This document shows positions 39,481-51,389 of a stretch of 64,000 bases of DNA, one piece after another (position 1 is the first letter of the stretch; every line of letters begins with the position of its first letter). Source of the DNA: Amphiscolops sp. MND2022. Lineage: Eukaryota. Location of the stretch: NCBI GenBank assembly GCA_964187785.1, contig OZ076409.1, positions 83,640,001 to 83,704,000 of the forward strand. Reading direction: 5' to 3'. The notes under the pieces were generated by a model, which made no database searches, was not told where the DNA came from, and was given only the letters and a program-made list of their open reading frames with translations. Both the position numbers and the translations under genes were made by a program.

Positions 39481-41164
39481 TGAAACAAATACGAAATCAG
39501 CAAATATAGAAAAATGGGACAGCCAAAGAATTGACTGTTCAAGATACTGGGAGCGTGATCAACTCTCCCTTTAAACAAACAAGACTAGCTAGTTCGAAAA
39601 ATTATTCACGACTTGAAACAGGAAATCCGGAATTCAACCTGCGAATAGTTGGTGAAAACTGAAATTTGTTCAACAATCGGAACGGAATGTTCAAAAGAAC
39701 CTTCGATGATTGTTTGAAATCAAATCTTCGCTCCATTTTAATTAAACTGGACGAAACGAAATTCGAAAATACAGACCTTGTGTTGGTTCTTCGCTTCTTT
39801 CTTGGCCATCTTCTTTCCCTTCAATTGTAGAGTAGATTCCCACAGAATAGAAATTGAAATTCCGTTATGGTAGATCCAAATTTCAAAAATGAGATGCAGC
39901 AAGACTCGAGAAGTGATTGTAACTGGTAAATGAAGAAGAATGGAGATTTGGAAAGGACGAAACCGTAAATGAATCTGACAAACTATGGAAACTAAAAGAA
40001 ATAAAGAAAGTAGAAGAAGATTGGTGTGAAAAGTTTTGAGGGACTGTCAAACGATGAAGGAAAGACTATGAAAACATAAAAACTATGAAAAGACAAAGAC
40101 TTGGAAACTTGAGACAGTATGTATATTCAAAGAAGAAACAATCTTGAAGGACGTGGCAAATAACATGAAGGCAATAAAAGCAAATGAATGACGTCAATTT
40201 CACAATGTACACAATTCATCTTAAATCTGATTGGCTGAGAGAGTGTATGCGGCTTGGAAGTATCTGCCAGTATGACCAAGTTAATATGCATGCGCAGTTA
40301 ACACGCAGGAACTGGATTATGCGGAAAGTTTACAGGACAGCATATTATGATTATGAGGAAATTACAGTCGAACAGTATATGCACTCAAAAAGAATCTGGA
40401 ACAACACCGCGAACAGGATGACAACTTCACGCGGATATTGTAACGAATCAGAATAATGGTTCATCACATTATGCGGTGAACTGCAGAAAACAGCATAATA
40501 TGGTAAGGCGGAAAAGAATGATGAACAGCATAATGTGATAATAGAACTGAGAAATAGAATTATGATGCTATATGATAATTTCAGTGTGCGGCATACGACG
40601 CGAATGACTATTTGCTTTTATGTCATCTGTCATAAGCTGATGAAAATACGAATCGAGATGTTACGTCAGAAGTGAATGATGCTACGAAGGTGTGAAAACT
40701 TCCACTTTGATAAACCTGAATGAACCTACGATAATTAATTATGAGCGATTAAAACTGTTCAGACGGAATAAGAAGACGACAACCGAAACATAAAAGAAAT
40801 TGAAAAGGAAATTTCAGGATCTGATGATTGTTTATATGACATTAACAATTTTACCGATGCTATTTCCCCCATATCTCATGATAAATTATCTGAATACCCG
40901 GGAAATGGGTAATTCGAGATATGTTCTGATGCTATTTGTAAGAAAACCCCCGTAACCCAATAAAAAACGATAAAAGTTTATCATTCTGATCATAAATCTC
41001 CAGAAATTAGCAGCTTATTTTGCTCCCTCTTTTTGACAAATTCCTTGAGAATATAATAATCATATTGTGTTAAATCTTCTCGAAACTTGACCGGAATCAG
41101 ACAAACCCATAGTCAAACAATGGAGAGTACACCACGAAACTCGATCCTTAATAGAACTGATTGA

Positions 41165-41998
41165 ATGAACCCTGCATTGGACCTAATCAACATCTCAAGT
41201 AGTTCGGGGGAAGAATTCATGGTGGAGCCCCTCTCAGTGAACGATCTCGATGAAAGATTTAGATCTGCCCCATACCCTCTGACAGACATGTCCACAGCCT
41301 TTATGGGGGCAGCAGCAGCATTATTATTCCCCAACAGTGCCGATCCACAAGCAGGAGATGGTCAACAAATTGATATTAGGAACTCCCGTATCGAAAATGA
41401 ATTAATGGACCTCATGGATGACGTATCTAATATATCCTCCTTGACCTTCATCGGATCATCAGAAGAAGAAGATAATCCGTTCCTTGGTGCCAATTTCGCT
41501 AATGTGGATCAGGCTGAAAGAAACAGCTATGGTCGACCAGTCCAAAGGGTACAACTTACGGTCAGAACCCCCCGAGTAACAAGAGCAACAGTGAATCCCC
41601 CGCTCGTACCAAGTAGCAGGAGCGCTTTCTCAGTAGTGATACCCAAACAACGAAGAGCTCCAGAAATACAAGCACACCCACCTATGCAAGCTAATTACTT
41701 GCCTATGCCCGTTCCATTTTACCACAATAATTGGAACAAAATTACACATCCTCAACAAAACTTTAATAGTCAAGCTCAATTTCAGCCTCAGGGACCACGT
41801 AATGGGCCCATATTGCAGATGAACCCTCCAGTAATGTTTGAAGTGGCAGGGTTTTGTGCTGGCTGTTCCAAAACTGATGACCAAATTGCTGTCGAGACGC
41901 TCACCCACTATATTGCGTGGTCCGAATATCCAGAGGAAACAATTCGCGTTCGCAATGTGAGGTCAAGGGCATTGTTGATGGGTTTGGAGCAGCGCTGA
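41165..41998 (+). CDS. Extra sense ORF of element A; acidic, Pro/Gln-rich, CxxC near the C-terminus; unknown function
   Basis: 277-aa open frame between the antisense gene and the LTR end; FCAGCSK motif; same position as the B ORF at 46725-47324. Confidence 0.55.
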   Translation: MNPALDLINISSSSGEEFMVEPLSVNDLDERFRSAPYPLTDMSTAFMGAAAALLFPNSADPQAGDGQQIDIRNSRIENELMDLMDDVSNISSLTFIGSSEEEDNPFLGANFANVDQAERNSYGRPVQRVQLTVRTPRVTRATVNPPLVPSSRSAFSVVIPKQRRAPEIQAHPPMQANYLPMPVPFYHNNWNKITHPQQNFNSQAQFQPQGPRNGPILQMNPPVMFEVAGFCAGCSKTDDQIAVETLTHYIAWSEYPEETIRVRNVRSRALLMGLEQR

Positions 41999-42449
41999 TC
42001 TGCTTCAAAAAAGCTGGACTGTCGCCGGCTTACCCGTGCGAGATGTCTGGAGTGTATTATCCATGAAACAGTCGACGCTGCTTACCCATCATGATGGCTG
42101 TCAACCCGAATATGGACAAGAACTTGATAAACATTTCAAATTTTAAACTTAAACAATGCTTGTTATTGTTCGTTTGATAAAATGTCGCTTTTAGTTGTTT
42201 ATTTGATCTAAAATGATGATTGTTGAATGTCGTTTTTGTTGTTATTGTTTCACCCATAGGGTGCGTTGATCAATTCAAAAATATCTGGAAAGGTAGCGCC
42301 AAAGTTATCAAAACAGTGCTAAATCTTTGTTTTGTCGTCTTAAATCATAGGAAGGAATTAAATTCAATGGTCCTATATATCTTTGCTACATTAAATCATT
42401 TGTAGTTCAATCATGAGGAAAACAATCAAAAACAGTATGATGATCCATT

Positions 42450-42985
42450 TAAAAATCAGCATAATGATTTCGTACGTTTATTTGATACTGATTATGCGGC
42501 ATTATGCAGTTTCCATAAAACAGCATATGCGGTTTTGTTAAAGAAACAGCATAATGATCATGTACGCAGTGTAGTTTATACCTTGTATTGCATTATGCGG
42601 AAATTCAGTAGAAACAGCATGATGACTGGAGTTAGAAACAGCATATGCGGAAATTCAGTAGAAACAGCATATGCGGAAATCTAGCAGAAAGAGCATGATG
42701 ACACGTGTTAGAAACAGCATATGCGGAAATTCAGTGGAAACAGCATATGCGGAAATCTAGCAGAAACAGCATGATGGTTCGGATTGGAAACAGCATATTC
42801 GGAAACCCCGTGGAAACAGTATGACGTTTCAATGTAGAAACAGCATATGCGGAAATTTGACAGAAACAGTATGAAGTTTTAACTTAAAAACAGCATAAAG
42901 ATTCTTATTTCAGTTGATAAAATTATACTGAATTATGAGGTTTTCATGAGACAGCATATACTGCATTATGATGTAAAACAGCATA
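42450..42985. repeat. Array of GAAACAGCATATGCGGAAAT-type motifs
   Basis: Many AACAGCAT / TATGCGG units spaced ~25 bp apart. Confidence 0.85.
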
Positions 42986-43360
42986 ATTTACAGGATTTTC
43001 AGTGTTACGATGTTGTAAGTCCCAGTGCTATGTTTAGACCTTCGAGGAGTCTGACGCAATATTATATTTTTAACATTTAACCCTAGAAACATGACGTTAT
43101 GATGATTTGCATAAAATTGAAAGTCATGTAACTGAAAATATCACCCAATAGAATCAGTTGAAGAAAGACCATCAAAAAATCATTTTTCTAACGATCATTC
43201 GAGAAATATCGCACATTCAGAGCAGTCACTCAATTTCACCTACAATTCACAATTCACAAACTTCGCAGTTTCCTTTCCCTGTAAAAATAACTTCCACAGT
43301 TTCATTTTGCCAAAATATCCTTGTAATTCAAAGATTTTCGCATCTAACATTGTTTTCATC

Positions 43361-44143
43361 ATGGGAAACAAGAGAAATAGACGGTCAAGGAGAGTAGAAT
43401 CTCAATCATCAGACAGAGACGAAAATACTTCGGAAACAAGCTTCACTCAAGGTGATGCGACTTTAGTTGGTGTTTCTGAAAATGTTAATAAAATTCTTGA
43501 CAGGAACTTAGGCAGCGAACTAACAGAACCTTCTCAGATAAGCCATGAGATAGAAGTTATTTCACAAAAACTAACAGAACAGAATAACGACAAGATGTCA
43601 CGGATCGAAGAGCAACTAAATAACAAATTTGAAGAGATACTTAAGGAGATTAGAACAAACAAAAACTACATTGCAATAAAAGATGAAGAGGATGCCGAGA
43701 ATAACCAGCCCGGTCCTTCTAACTATAGAAATAAGGGTCTCAGGAACAAACACGCATCAAATTCATTATCTGATAAAAGTAAGAATCAGGATGATCGGTT
43801 CTATCCGTCTGAAATGAGTGAATTAAGACAACCGTACACTCCCCTTGGGATTGCTGAAGACACTTTAGACGAGACCATCATCATAAATGAAAACAGACAG
43901 GAAAAGGCCGATCATCACAATAGACTGTTTTTGTCACGTAAAACTTGCCAATCCGTGTATGATATGCTTCGAATGAAATCTCGAAGACTAACTGAAAACG
44001 TTCTTCTCCCCGGAAACAAGAAAAGTTTCAGCATTCGTTGGCGTTTTCTCGTAATGATACTCCAATGGTACATCTCCGAAAGTAAAAACGTTTTTGTGCC
44101 ACTAAACGAATTTTTCTCGTTTCGCATTTTGTTTTACTTCTAA
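43361..44143 (+). CDS. LTR-encoded Gag N-terminus in A's 3' LTR, reading out into flanking DNA
   Basis: ATG at 43361 (MGNKRNRRSRR...); ~186 codons to the LTR end at 43919; matches 21968-22310 up to ADHH, then continues in unrelated sequence. Confidence 0.7.
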   Translation: MGNKRNRRSRRVESQSSDRDENTSETSFTQGDATLVGVSENVNKILDRNLGSELTEPSQISHEIEVISQKLTEQNNDKMSRIEEQLNNKFEEILKEIRTNKNYIAIKDEEDAENNQPGPSNYRNKGLRNKHASNSLSDKSKNQDDRFYPSEMSELRQPYTPLGIAEDTLDETIIINENRQEKADHHNRLFLSRKTCQSVYDMLRMKSRRLTENVLLPGNKKSFSIRWRFLVMILQWYISESKNVFVPLNEFFSFRILFYF

Positions 44144-44579
44144 TTCTAATTCAGCAAAAGTTGACTCTTAAAGAAGGTATTTTTTGGAAAGATTGCTTGC
44201 TTTGAAGTTTTTTTTCATTTTACATTTTTTGTTGCGTTTGGCATTGTGAATATGGTATTTTCATATTATGGATTACATAGTTAGCCTCTTATGGAAATGG
44301 CATAGCCATGCCCATGGCCCATGAATGGAATCAACATGTACCGTACATGGAATCACATTGGTTGTCATCTCGGGTTGCTATTTTGACCAGGAAAGATAGC
44401 GAAAATAGCATTTCCTCTATTGTTGAATTGATTTTGTGCAACCCTAAAAATCAGTTAATCGCTTCTAAATTTGGTGCTATTTTACCTCAGTTTTTATTCG
44501 CCGATAACTCCAAACTTTTCAGTTAACAAATGAATAACACTTCTGGTATCTCCATTTTTTCTTCACTTGTTAGTTTATT

Positions 44580-46786
44580 TGTGTTGACCCTGCGATGGGT
44601 GCAACTCGTTCAGTATGGATGGCCTTGATGTTGAGGCTTGATTTTCGATCTCGTCGGGATCTAAGGCGAGGTTTTCACAATTGGGCGGTTGACCAGACAG
44701 TGAATCTATTTTTGAGGATAAATTCTCGATCATTTTCAAAATCTCCCTCTGTCCAACTTCAGCATCTTTTATCCTTATGGTCACTGACTTTTCAATTTTC
44801 TCAGATAGCTCAGAGAAGTCTCGGTCGAAAATACTGGGAACGTTTTCAGTTCTTAAACTGGTTGCTTCTGGCTCGCCTAGTGAACTAGTCACTGAATCTC
44901 TCCTGGCCTTTCTTTTAGAGGATCTTTCAGGCATTTTCCGGGTTTAAGATTTATAAGCTCGAGATTATCCAACGAGAAGATGAGGGAAAAGATTGAGATT
45001 TTTTAATCTTCAATTGTATTTTTCAAAGTGAAGAGTAAAGTTGTTTTACAACGAACGATTATTGAATTCCAAGATTCTAACAAAATTGTCAAATTATCAA
45101 TTTGTTGAAATTATCAAGACTATTATTCACTGAAATTATTCAATTTTCCAAAGTATATATACTTTCCGCTGGCTTGAAGCGGGGAAAAACCGCACCACCT
45201 TCACACTTCATTCAGCCCGGCGTCCCTTCAAGGCGGGGAAACAGGAAGTTCAGTTCCGCTTTGTCGAACTCAGACTTTCAGCTTGTTCATACTTTCCGGG
45301 AAAAGCACGCGTCCACTTCCTGTCTGAGTTGCGACTCCGCTTCCCTTCACCTCCAACTCCCGCCTTTTCAAGACGCCGAAACTGAGCAAAGTGTGAAAAA
45401 ATTAATCACTGCACACGCCCAAAGAGCGAAATGATCGAACAAACCAACAAATTGGAAATTGGGAAAAAATGGGAATTTCCCAAATTAATTTGGTTCAAAT
45501 ATTGCACGGCGAGATGATTATTTAATAAGAAATACAAATTAGCTCATAAAGTTCACTCATGAGAGCTTAAAATCACAAATTTGAGTATAAATGGGAAAGC
45601 TCGATCCCAGGCTGAGGTCTGGGACGGTCGAGGCAAAATGAAATCATTTCCCGAAAAATAACTATTAATTATATCAACAACAAACAATTCAGTGATTAGA
45701 ATCGGCTCGAAAATACGGCTCAAGTCTCTTCCCAATCTAGTTGAGTGGAAATTGACTCTAAACAAGGCAACACAAATCATTTATGGAGATTAAACAAATT
45801 AAATCGAACATTTAATCCCAGGCCGAGGTCTGGGCCGCGGCTTGGCGTTCTCAAACTAAATACTGCATTTACATGGTTAAAATCATCATACATTGCATGC
45901 AATCAATCATTATCGCTTACTGTTGTATGCGTTACGTCACTGCTCCCTCGCGAGAGCGGAGAAATGGTTAGGGGGATCGATATTTTCAATTCCAGGATGG
46001 ATTTGGTCAGGATAGATTTCAGGCCGTGTCTCAGGCCGCGGTCTACTTCATTTAGCACTTGAACATGGTTTATCTGTAAAAATAGCATCATACTTCATTC
46101 TTTATCTTCAGGCATCGTTTGAGATTGCAGGCATTGATTGGTAGGCTCATTAGGAGCAGAAAAGATCACTATTAACATTAACAATTTCCATTTCTACAAT
46201 GGATTTTATAGATTTACATTTCAGGCCATGTCCTGGGCCGCAGTATATCGGTATTTCAAAGTTAGCTCCAATACTTGTTTATATGGACAATTACATGTAT
46301 AACGTCGTTCTAATACTCGTTTAACGCATCAACAGGTTTACATGTATTCACAAAATAGCATAATTAGTGTTAGAGATTGATTCGTAGCACTTTCATTCTC
46401 AGGCCACTCGCCAGGCCACCGCTTCACTGCGCGAATCTCAGGCCGGCTGCCAGGCCGCAGTTCCGCCATTATTCATTCAGGCCGCTTGCTGAGCGGTGTG
46501 ATTGTATTACTATTAACTATATAGCACCGTATTAATACTATTAACTGCACAAGTAGCTCTATACCGGTTAGTACACTGTATGTAAGTATATATAACTACA
46601 TAAATATTAATATATAATTTCTTCTAATTATTATATTATTTAGCGCCATTATTTCAAGTTGTATGGATTGAACTGATTGTTTTCTGGTTTTCTGTTTTCA
46701 TTTCTCCTTTTTCCATTTCCTAATTTATTCTTCGAAGACTGGGTTGATTCTGCTGCAATACTCACAGCTCAAGTGGGGCTGTGACA
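44580..46786 (-). repeat. 3' LTR of element B (2207 bp)
   Basis: Near-identical to 58894-60586 plus 62847-63360. Confidence 0.97.
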
Positions 46787-47324
46787 GTCCTCGGCTTCGT
46801 TGCCCAGTTCCCTCAGGAAGGAGAAATTCGGAAATGGATCGTATCGGTGTATCAAACAAAGTGGTGAGGTCATCTCTCATTGAATCGTATGATCGCCATG
46901 AAGAGCTGCTTTCCCAACTGCTGCCTGACCAGTAGCCTTCTGAGCTGCTGTCGGTCTCGCTTATTGAGCTCATAGGGCTGTCGACAAAATAATCAGGGCT
47001 ATTTTGGTCCTCTTGATTGAATCGTCTGATGGGGCTCATGAATTCGTCATCTGGGATAACCGGATTTTCTGTGGTGAACCTTCGTATTACTCCTTGTTCA
47101 TTTTCGACGTTAATTGCATTCACAAGTGGTTGTTCATGAACAAGGACTACGTGTAGATCTTCCGTCTTGACTATTTCATAAACAATAGCAGGCTGCGTCG
47201 GGTTGATGATACGATAATTAGGCGGTGGAGTACTGGGCCTTTGTTCAGTCGGTGTTGGCTGTTGATCTCGTTCAAGAATAAAAACGTCTTCGTCTGCTTG
47301 GTTATTTGAAATGGGATGATTCAT
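46725..47324 (-). CDS. Extra sense ORF of element B (199 aa; acidic, Ser/Pro-rich, C-terminal CEYC) running into the 3' LTR
   Basis: ATG-initiated open frame; last ~20 codons lie inside the LTR; divergent from the antisense gene. Confidence 0.6.
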   Translation of the reverse strand: MNHPISNNQADEDVFILERDQQPTPTEQRPSTPPPNYRIINPTQPAIVYEIVKTEDLHVVLVHEQPLVNAINVENEQGVIRRFTTENPVIPDDEFMSPIRRFNQEDQNSPDYFVDSPMSSISETDSSSEGYWSGSSWESSSSWRSYDSMRDDLTTLFDTPIRSISEFLLPEGTGQRSRGLSQPHLSCEYCSRINPVFEE

Positions 47325-47546
47325 TATAATAGCAAGCTGAGTGTCAATCAGTTTTCAGTACAACTGATTTGCTTCGCTTGGAAAATTTGTTCACACGGTT
47401 TGTGTCAACTCCGTGAATTGTTCAGCTGGCAGACTGAACAACTCTCCTTATATAGTAGATAACTTCTAGTATTAATAATTCCATTGTTTTACGCCACATC
47501 TTCTTTGAATTTTTCATGGTTTGTTATTTTTAGACAAGTTTGAAAC

Positions 47547-50500
47547 ATGAGCTCCACCGAGGAGGATAATGCTGTTCTGTGTCGAAGTCAAGAAGTCGGT
47601 CTGAAGGAGAGTGAGGCAGAAGTAGAGCCTGTCGTGGGATCAGTGGTGCGTGTTGGGGAGAGAGTTAGTGGAGGTGGCAGTGATGATGAGAGTGGAGAGG
47701 CGAGTGGTGGAGGCAATCAGGAGGAAGCTGGTGTCTCTGTTGGTCACGGAGAACTGCATGTGCCAGGCTTTGGTGAAAGAGCAGTTTCTGATGATGACGG
47801 CGTTGAAGAACAAGCGAGCATTGTTGCAACTGGGTCTTTCCATTCTGCAACCAGTGATGAGCGCCATGACATTGACTACTTGGCACGGAAGAAAGGTAAT
47901 CTTTTCTAGAAATTAAAAGGTGGCCAGCCCTTTCTAGGTTTCGTTGAACGCGTTCTATTCATCTACTTTCTGTAGCTAGCGATGATGGGTCTGATGAGGA
48001 TTATGTCCCGACCCGTAGTACAAAGTCCCGGCGGGAGAAGAAACCAAGGGCTAGTCGGGAGTTGTCGACCACTAGTGTGCAGTCGGCAAAGCGAGTTCGG
48101 TTGGCTGACGTCATCTCTGGTTCCGTTTCCAAGTTGCCATCCGCTCATGACAGTTCAGGAGATGACTACATGCCCCCCATGATTTCTGCTTCTCGGACTC
48201 TTGAAAGTAGGTATTCGCTCTCTTTCTTCGGGTGTTGTGTAGATGAAATGGGATCATTTGTTGCTTTTAGGGACACTTGTTCTGCATTTTCTTGTTAGTC
48301 ATACTTCATTTTGTATTACAGTTACTGGAGCAGAACCTGGGCCGGGGGTTGGGTCTTCTGAAGACAGTGACGTGTTTGTGTGCGAGGCGGCGATTGATAC
48401 TCCTGCCCCTGTCAGTGATGCTGTCTCTGAACTCCCCGGAGAGTCGTCCAAGCGTGGCAGGACTCAACATGCACGAGCCGCTGTTGGGGTGGAGGCCTCA
48501 GTTGTTTACAATGACTGGGAAAAAGGTACGTTGAAATTTTCATGTTCGTTGTACTGTTTGTGTCATCTCCGTGTTGTGCGATTTCTTTGTGTGGTAGTTT
48601 AGCCTCATTTCGCAGTGTTGTTAAATTTGCTCATTTGTTATCAGCTGGCCTGAATACAGTTCCTCCTGGTTCGCCAATGGTGATGTCCGCGGCGCAGTGT
48701 GTGATGCTGGCCCGAAGTGCTGCCCGAGCTGAACGGACGGAAGTTTTAAAAGAGACGAAGAGCCTGTCAAAACGTAAGGGTGTTGTTATTATTCTATTGC
48801 TTGGCTTTCCTGACTGTTGCGATTGTTTCTTTTGGGATGGTTTTGTTTGCCACTATCTTTTGATTGTCTGCATGAAGAGTTGTGGTATGTAGTTACTTGT
48901 TTAGCCCCTTGGTGTTGTGTTTAGAATTTGAAGAGTTGTCTCGTCTTTTGAAAGGGAAAGGCATCGATGTCAACAATCCTGGTCGTGTTCTGGATCCTTT
49001 AGAGGTGAAGAAGGCTAAACTGTTGGCTCGGGATGAAGATCGATCAAGGAAGCAGACGGAGCGTCACGTGTTGACGAAAGCCATGAGTGACCATGCGATT
49101 CCCCGATTGTTTGTCAGCCGGCGGAATGATAAGGGTCCAAATGGGTTCAATTGCTCGATCTGCAAGAAAGATGTTTCCTTTCTATCCCGGGGTCCACGAG
49201 GAATCTGGAGGCACTTCAAGTGTAAGGGTCATTACCTCAAAGATCGTCGGTACCGTTACGACCATGAGGATGTGATTTATACCGAGAAGTTCGATCCCAT
49301 CCGAGTTGCTGACCTGACCGCTGAACAACGTGCCGAGATTGAGGAAACTCCTCCTGTGGTATTGGGTCGTATGAACAAAATCGTCGAAGATGAAGTAGAT
49401 GCACTTGTTGGCGTCCCATCTAATGTGCCCCCTACCACTCTTGTGGGATGCTTATTGGAGCTGCTGAAAAGTGGTGGGTCCCAGCTATTCCTGCGTCGGC
49501 TGTGGAATCAGTTCCGGACTACCTTGCCAGTCGAGAGTCCATACGCTTCAGTCACTTGGAGTAAGACTGAGACCTTAGTGGTCTTGGTGCAGACTCTTTA
49601 TCCGCGTGTGCTTCGTCGCGTAAAGTCATGGCTTGGGGACGGCCCGTTTAGCTTGGCGCTGCAGTCTTCATACTCCGGTGTGAGGTGTATCGTCCGATGC
49701 TGCCCCGATGACTGTCTGCGAGAAGTGCACCTTTGTGATGAAGAGCATAGTGAGACATCCTGTGAGGCTGAGATGCGTTGTTTAGCGCGTGTACTGTCCC
49801 TTGTGTCAACCAGTCAAGGACCTGCGGCGATTATGGACTGTCCTCCTGTTCTGTTTAACGGTTATATCGATTGGTGTCGGGCAGTGGGCCGACCAGTCCC
49901 TGTTGTTGCTGTGAGTTTCAATCCAGATTTGTTGCGTCGTCTCATCAATGAGTCTAGTATTGTGTGTGTGGGGTCTGTGGATCCGTTCTCGGCTCTGGAG
50001 TACTTGGTTCAGCGTCTCAAGCGGGTGCGCCATCAGGCGTGGTTGTTGAATCTGCCCCAGTTACGTTTGTGTCTGGAATCTGGAGTCGTGCCTTTTGAGT
50101 CCTTGTGTGAGGTTCTGCAGGAACTTCTGGATAACTGGGCTGACGTGAAGCTGTGTTTATCCAACAATGTGTTGTTAATGAAGAAGTCGACGACTATTGT
50201 GAATATGGATTCTCTTCTGTGTGTTGACCGTTTGGTCTTGCCGCGATTCGCCTTCTTACACGTTGTGTTACTTTGCTACAGGTCAAATTTCAGACGGCAG
50301 CTGGATCCAAAGATTCGGGATTACGCGTGCCGCAATTTTACTGACTTTGGCTTTTTTTACTGGAGTCTTTTGGGCAAGGTAAAAAAGGTTAGTCAGCTGC
50401 CGTCCGTGGATAATTGGTTCGAGTATATTGATCAGCCTCTGACCAATTGGGCGAATGTTACCGCTGGGGAATGTCTGCAGTCTGAGCCCAGCATCGTGAC

Positions 50501-51389
50501 GGCGTTGCGGGGTTTTGATGATGCTCCTCGCCGCACTTTCCTGCGTGAGTGCCAGGGTTCTTTGTTGGAGTTGTTGAAACGCCTTGGGTCTTCAGCATAT
50601 TCGAGTTCCCGTGTGGCCCGTTCTCTCAGCTGCTTGAGTGTGGATATGCTGCTGTGTGGAGATGCTGAGTACGTGGTGGAATTGTTCCAGGATCTGGTGA
50701 GTTGTTTGCAGGATGCTAGCTTCCTGAGTGGCGTTGATCGAGAGGCATCTGTAAATGAATTCAAATCTCTGGTTGTGGATCTGCGTCGCCGGTCCCCTGA
50801 TCCTGCCCAGGTTTGTGACGTGTTCGAGTTCTTGGAAGCTAGTGACATTTATCAATGTCGGGGTCATGTCAAGCAAGTGGTGCGCCTATTGCGAGTTATT
50901 GTGTGTCCTGGGCCAAGTGTTATGCCTCCTGTTGAGATTTCAAGTAGCGGAGTTGGTCTTCCTGCGTCTGTAATTCGTTCAGGGATCAGTGCGGTGCAGT
51001 CAATTGTTCTCCATCCCAAGTTCGTCTCAAATGATTTGCTGACCGTGGAGTGTTTGGGAGAGTTAAAGACTAATTTGCCTGTGGGGCATCAGTTCCTGTC
51101 GCGCACTTCCTTTGATCCGTTCATCGATATTAGTCGTCATGCCTGGAGAGAAATTTTTGAAAGTTTGTTTCGCTTTTACACAGCTTATTACACTGGTAAA
51201 GTCGAGGGGTGGAGGTCCCGAATGGCTGATGGGCGATCATCGCGTGGTTTGCAATCTGGGACCACGTCTGCTGTTGAAACTGTTTCTGTAGCTGGAGTAT
51301 CCGATGCATTGCAGGCCTCTACAAGTTCGTCGGCGCGGAAGAGGAAAACAGGGTCAAAAAAAGGGTCCCGTCAAGAGAAATCTTGTTGA
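47547..51389 (+). CDS. Antisense 5-exon gene of element B, 1125 aa: acidic disordered N-terminus, C2H2/BED-like finger, hAT-transposase-like body
   Basis: Exons 47547-47895, 47976-48206, 48322-48525, 48645-48773, 48925-51389; four GT-AG phase-1 introns join in frame (3378 nt); finger FNCSICKKDVSFLSRGPRGIWRHFKCKGH; GPFSLALQSS at the hAT FSLxxD position. Confidence 0.85.

Larger units (their letters stand above)
26768..43919 (+). mobile_element. Ty3/Gypsy LTR retrotransposon A (5' LTR truncated)
   Basis: 26768-27109 matches 43577-43919, both ending CATCACA; PBS after the first copy only; domain order gag-PR-RT-RNaseH-IN. Confidence 0.92.

Noticed and set aside
41165..41998. env gene
   Set aside because: No evident signal peptide, furin site or transmembrane anchor; the same holds for 46725-47324.
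40533..43010. Exact start of A's 3' LTR (candidates TGTGATAAT at 40533, TGTTACGAT at 43003)
   Set aside because: The 5' LTR is truncated, so neither candidate can be confirmed.
47547..51389. Independent host gene or autonomous nested hAT transposon
   Set aside because: It lies between paired LTRs bounded by a TSD, no TIR or 8-bp TSD was seen, and a homologue sits at the same position in element A.
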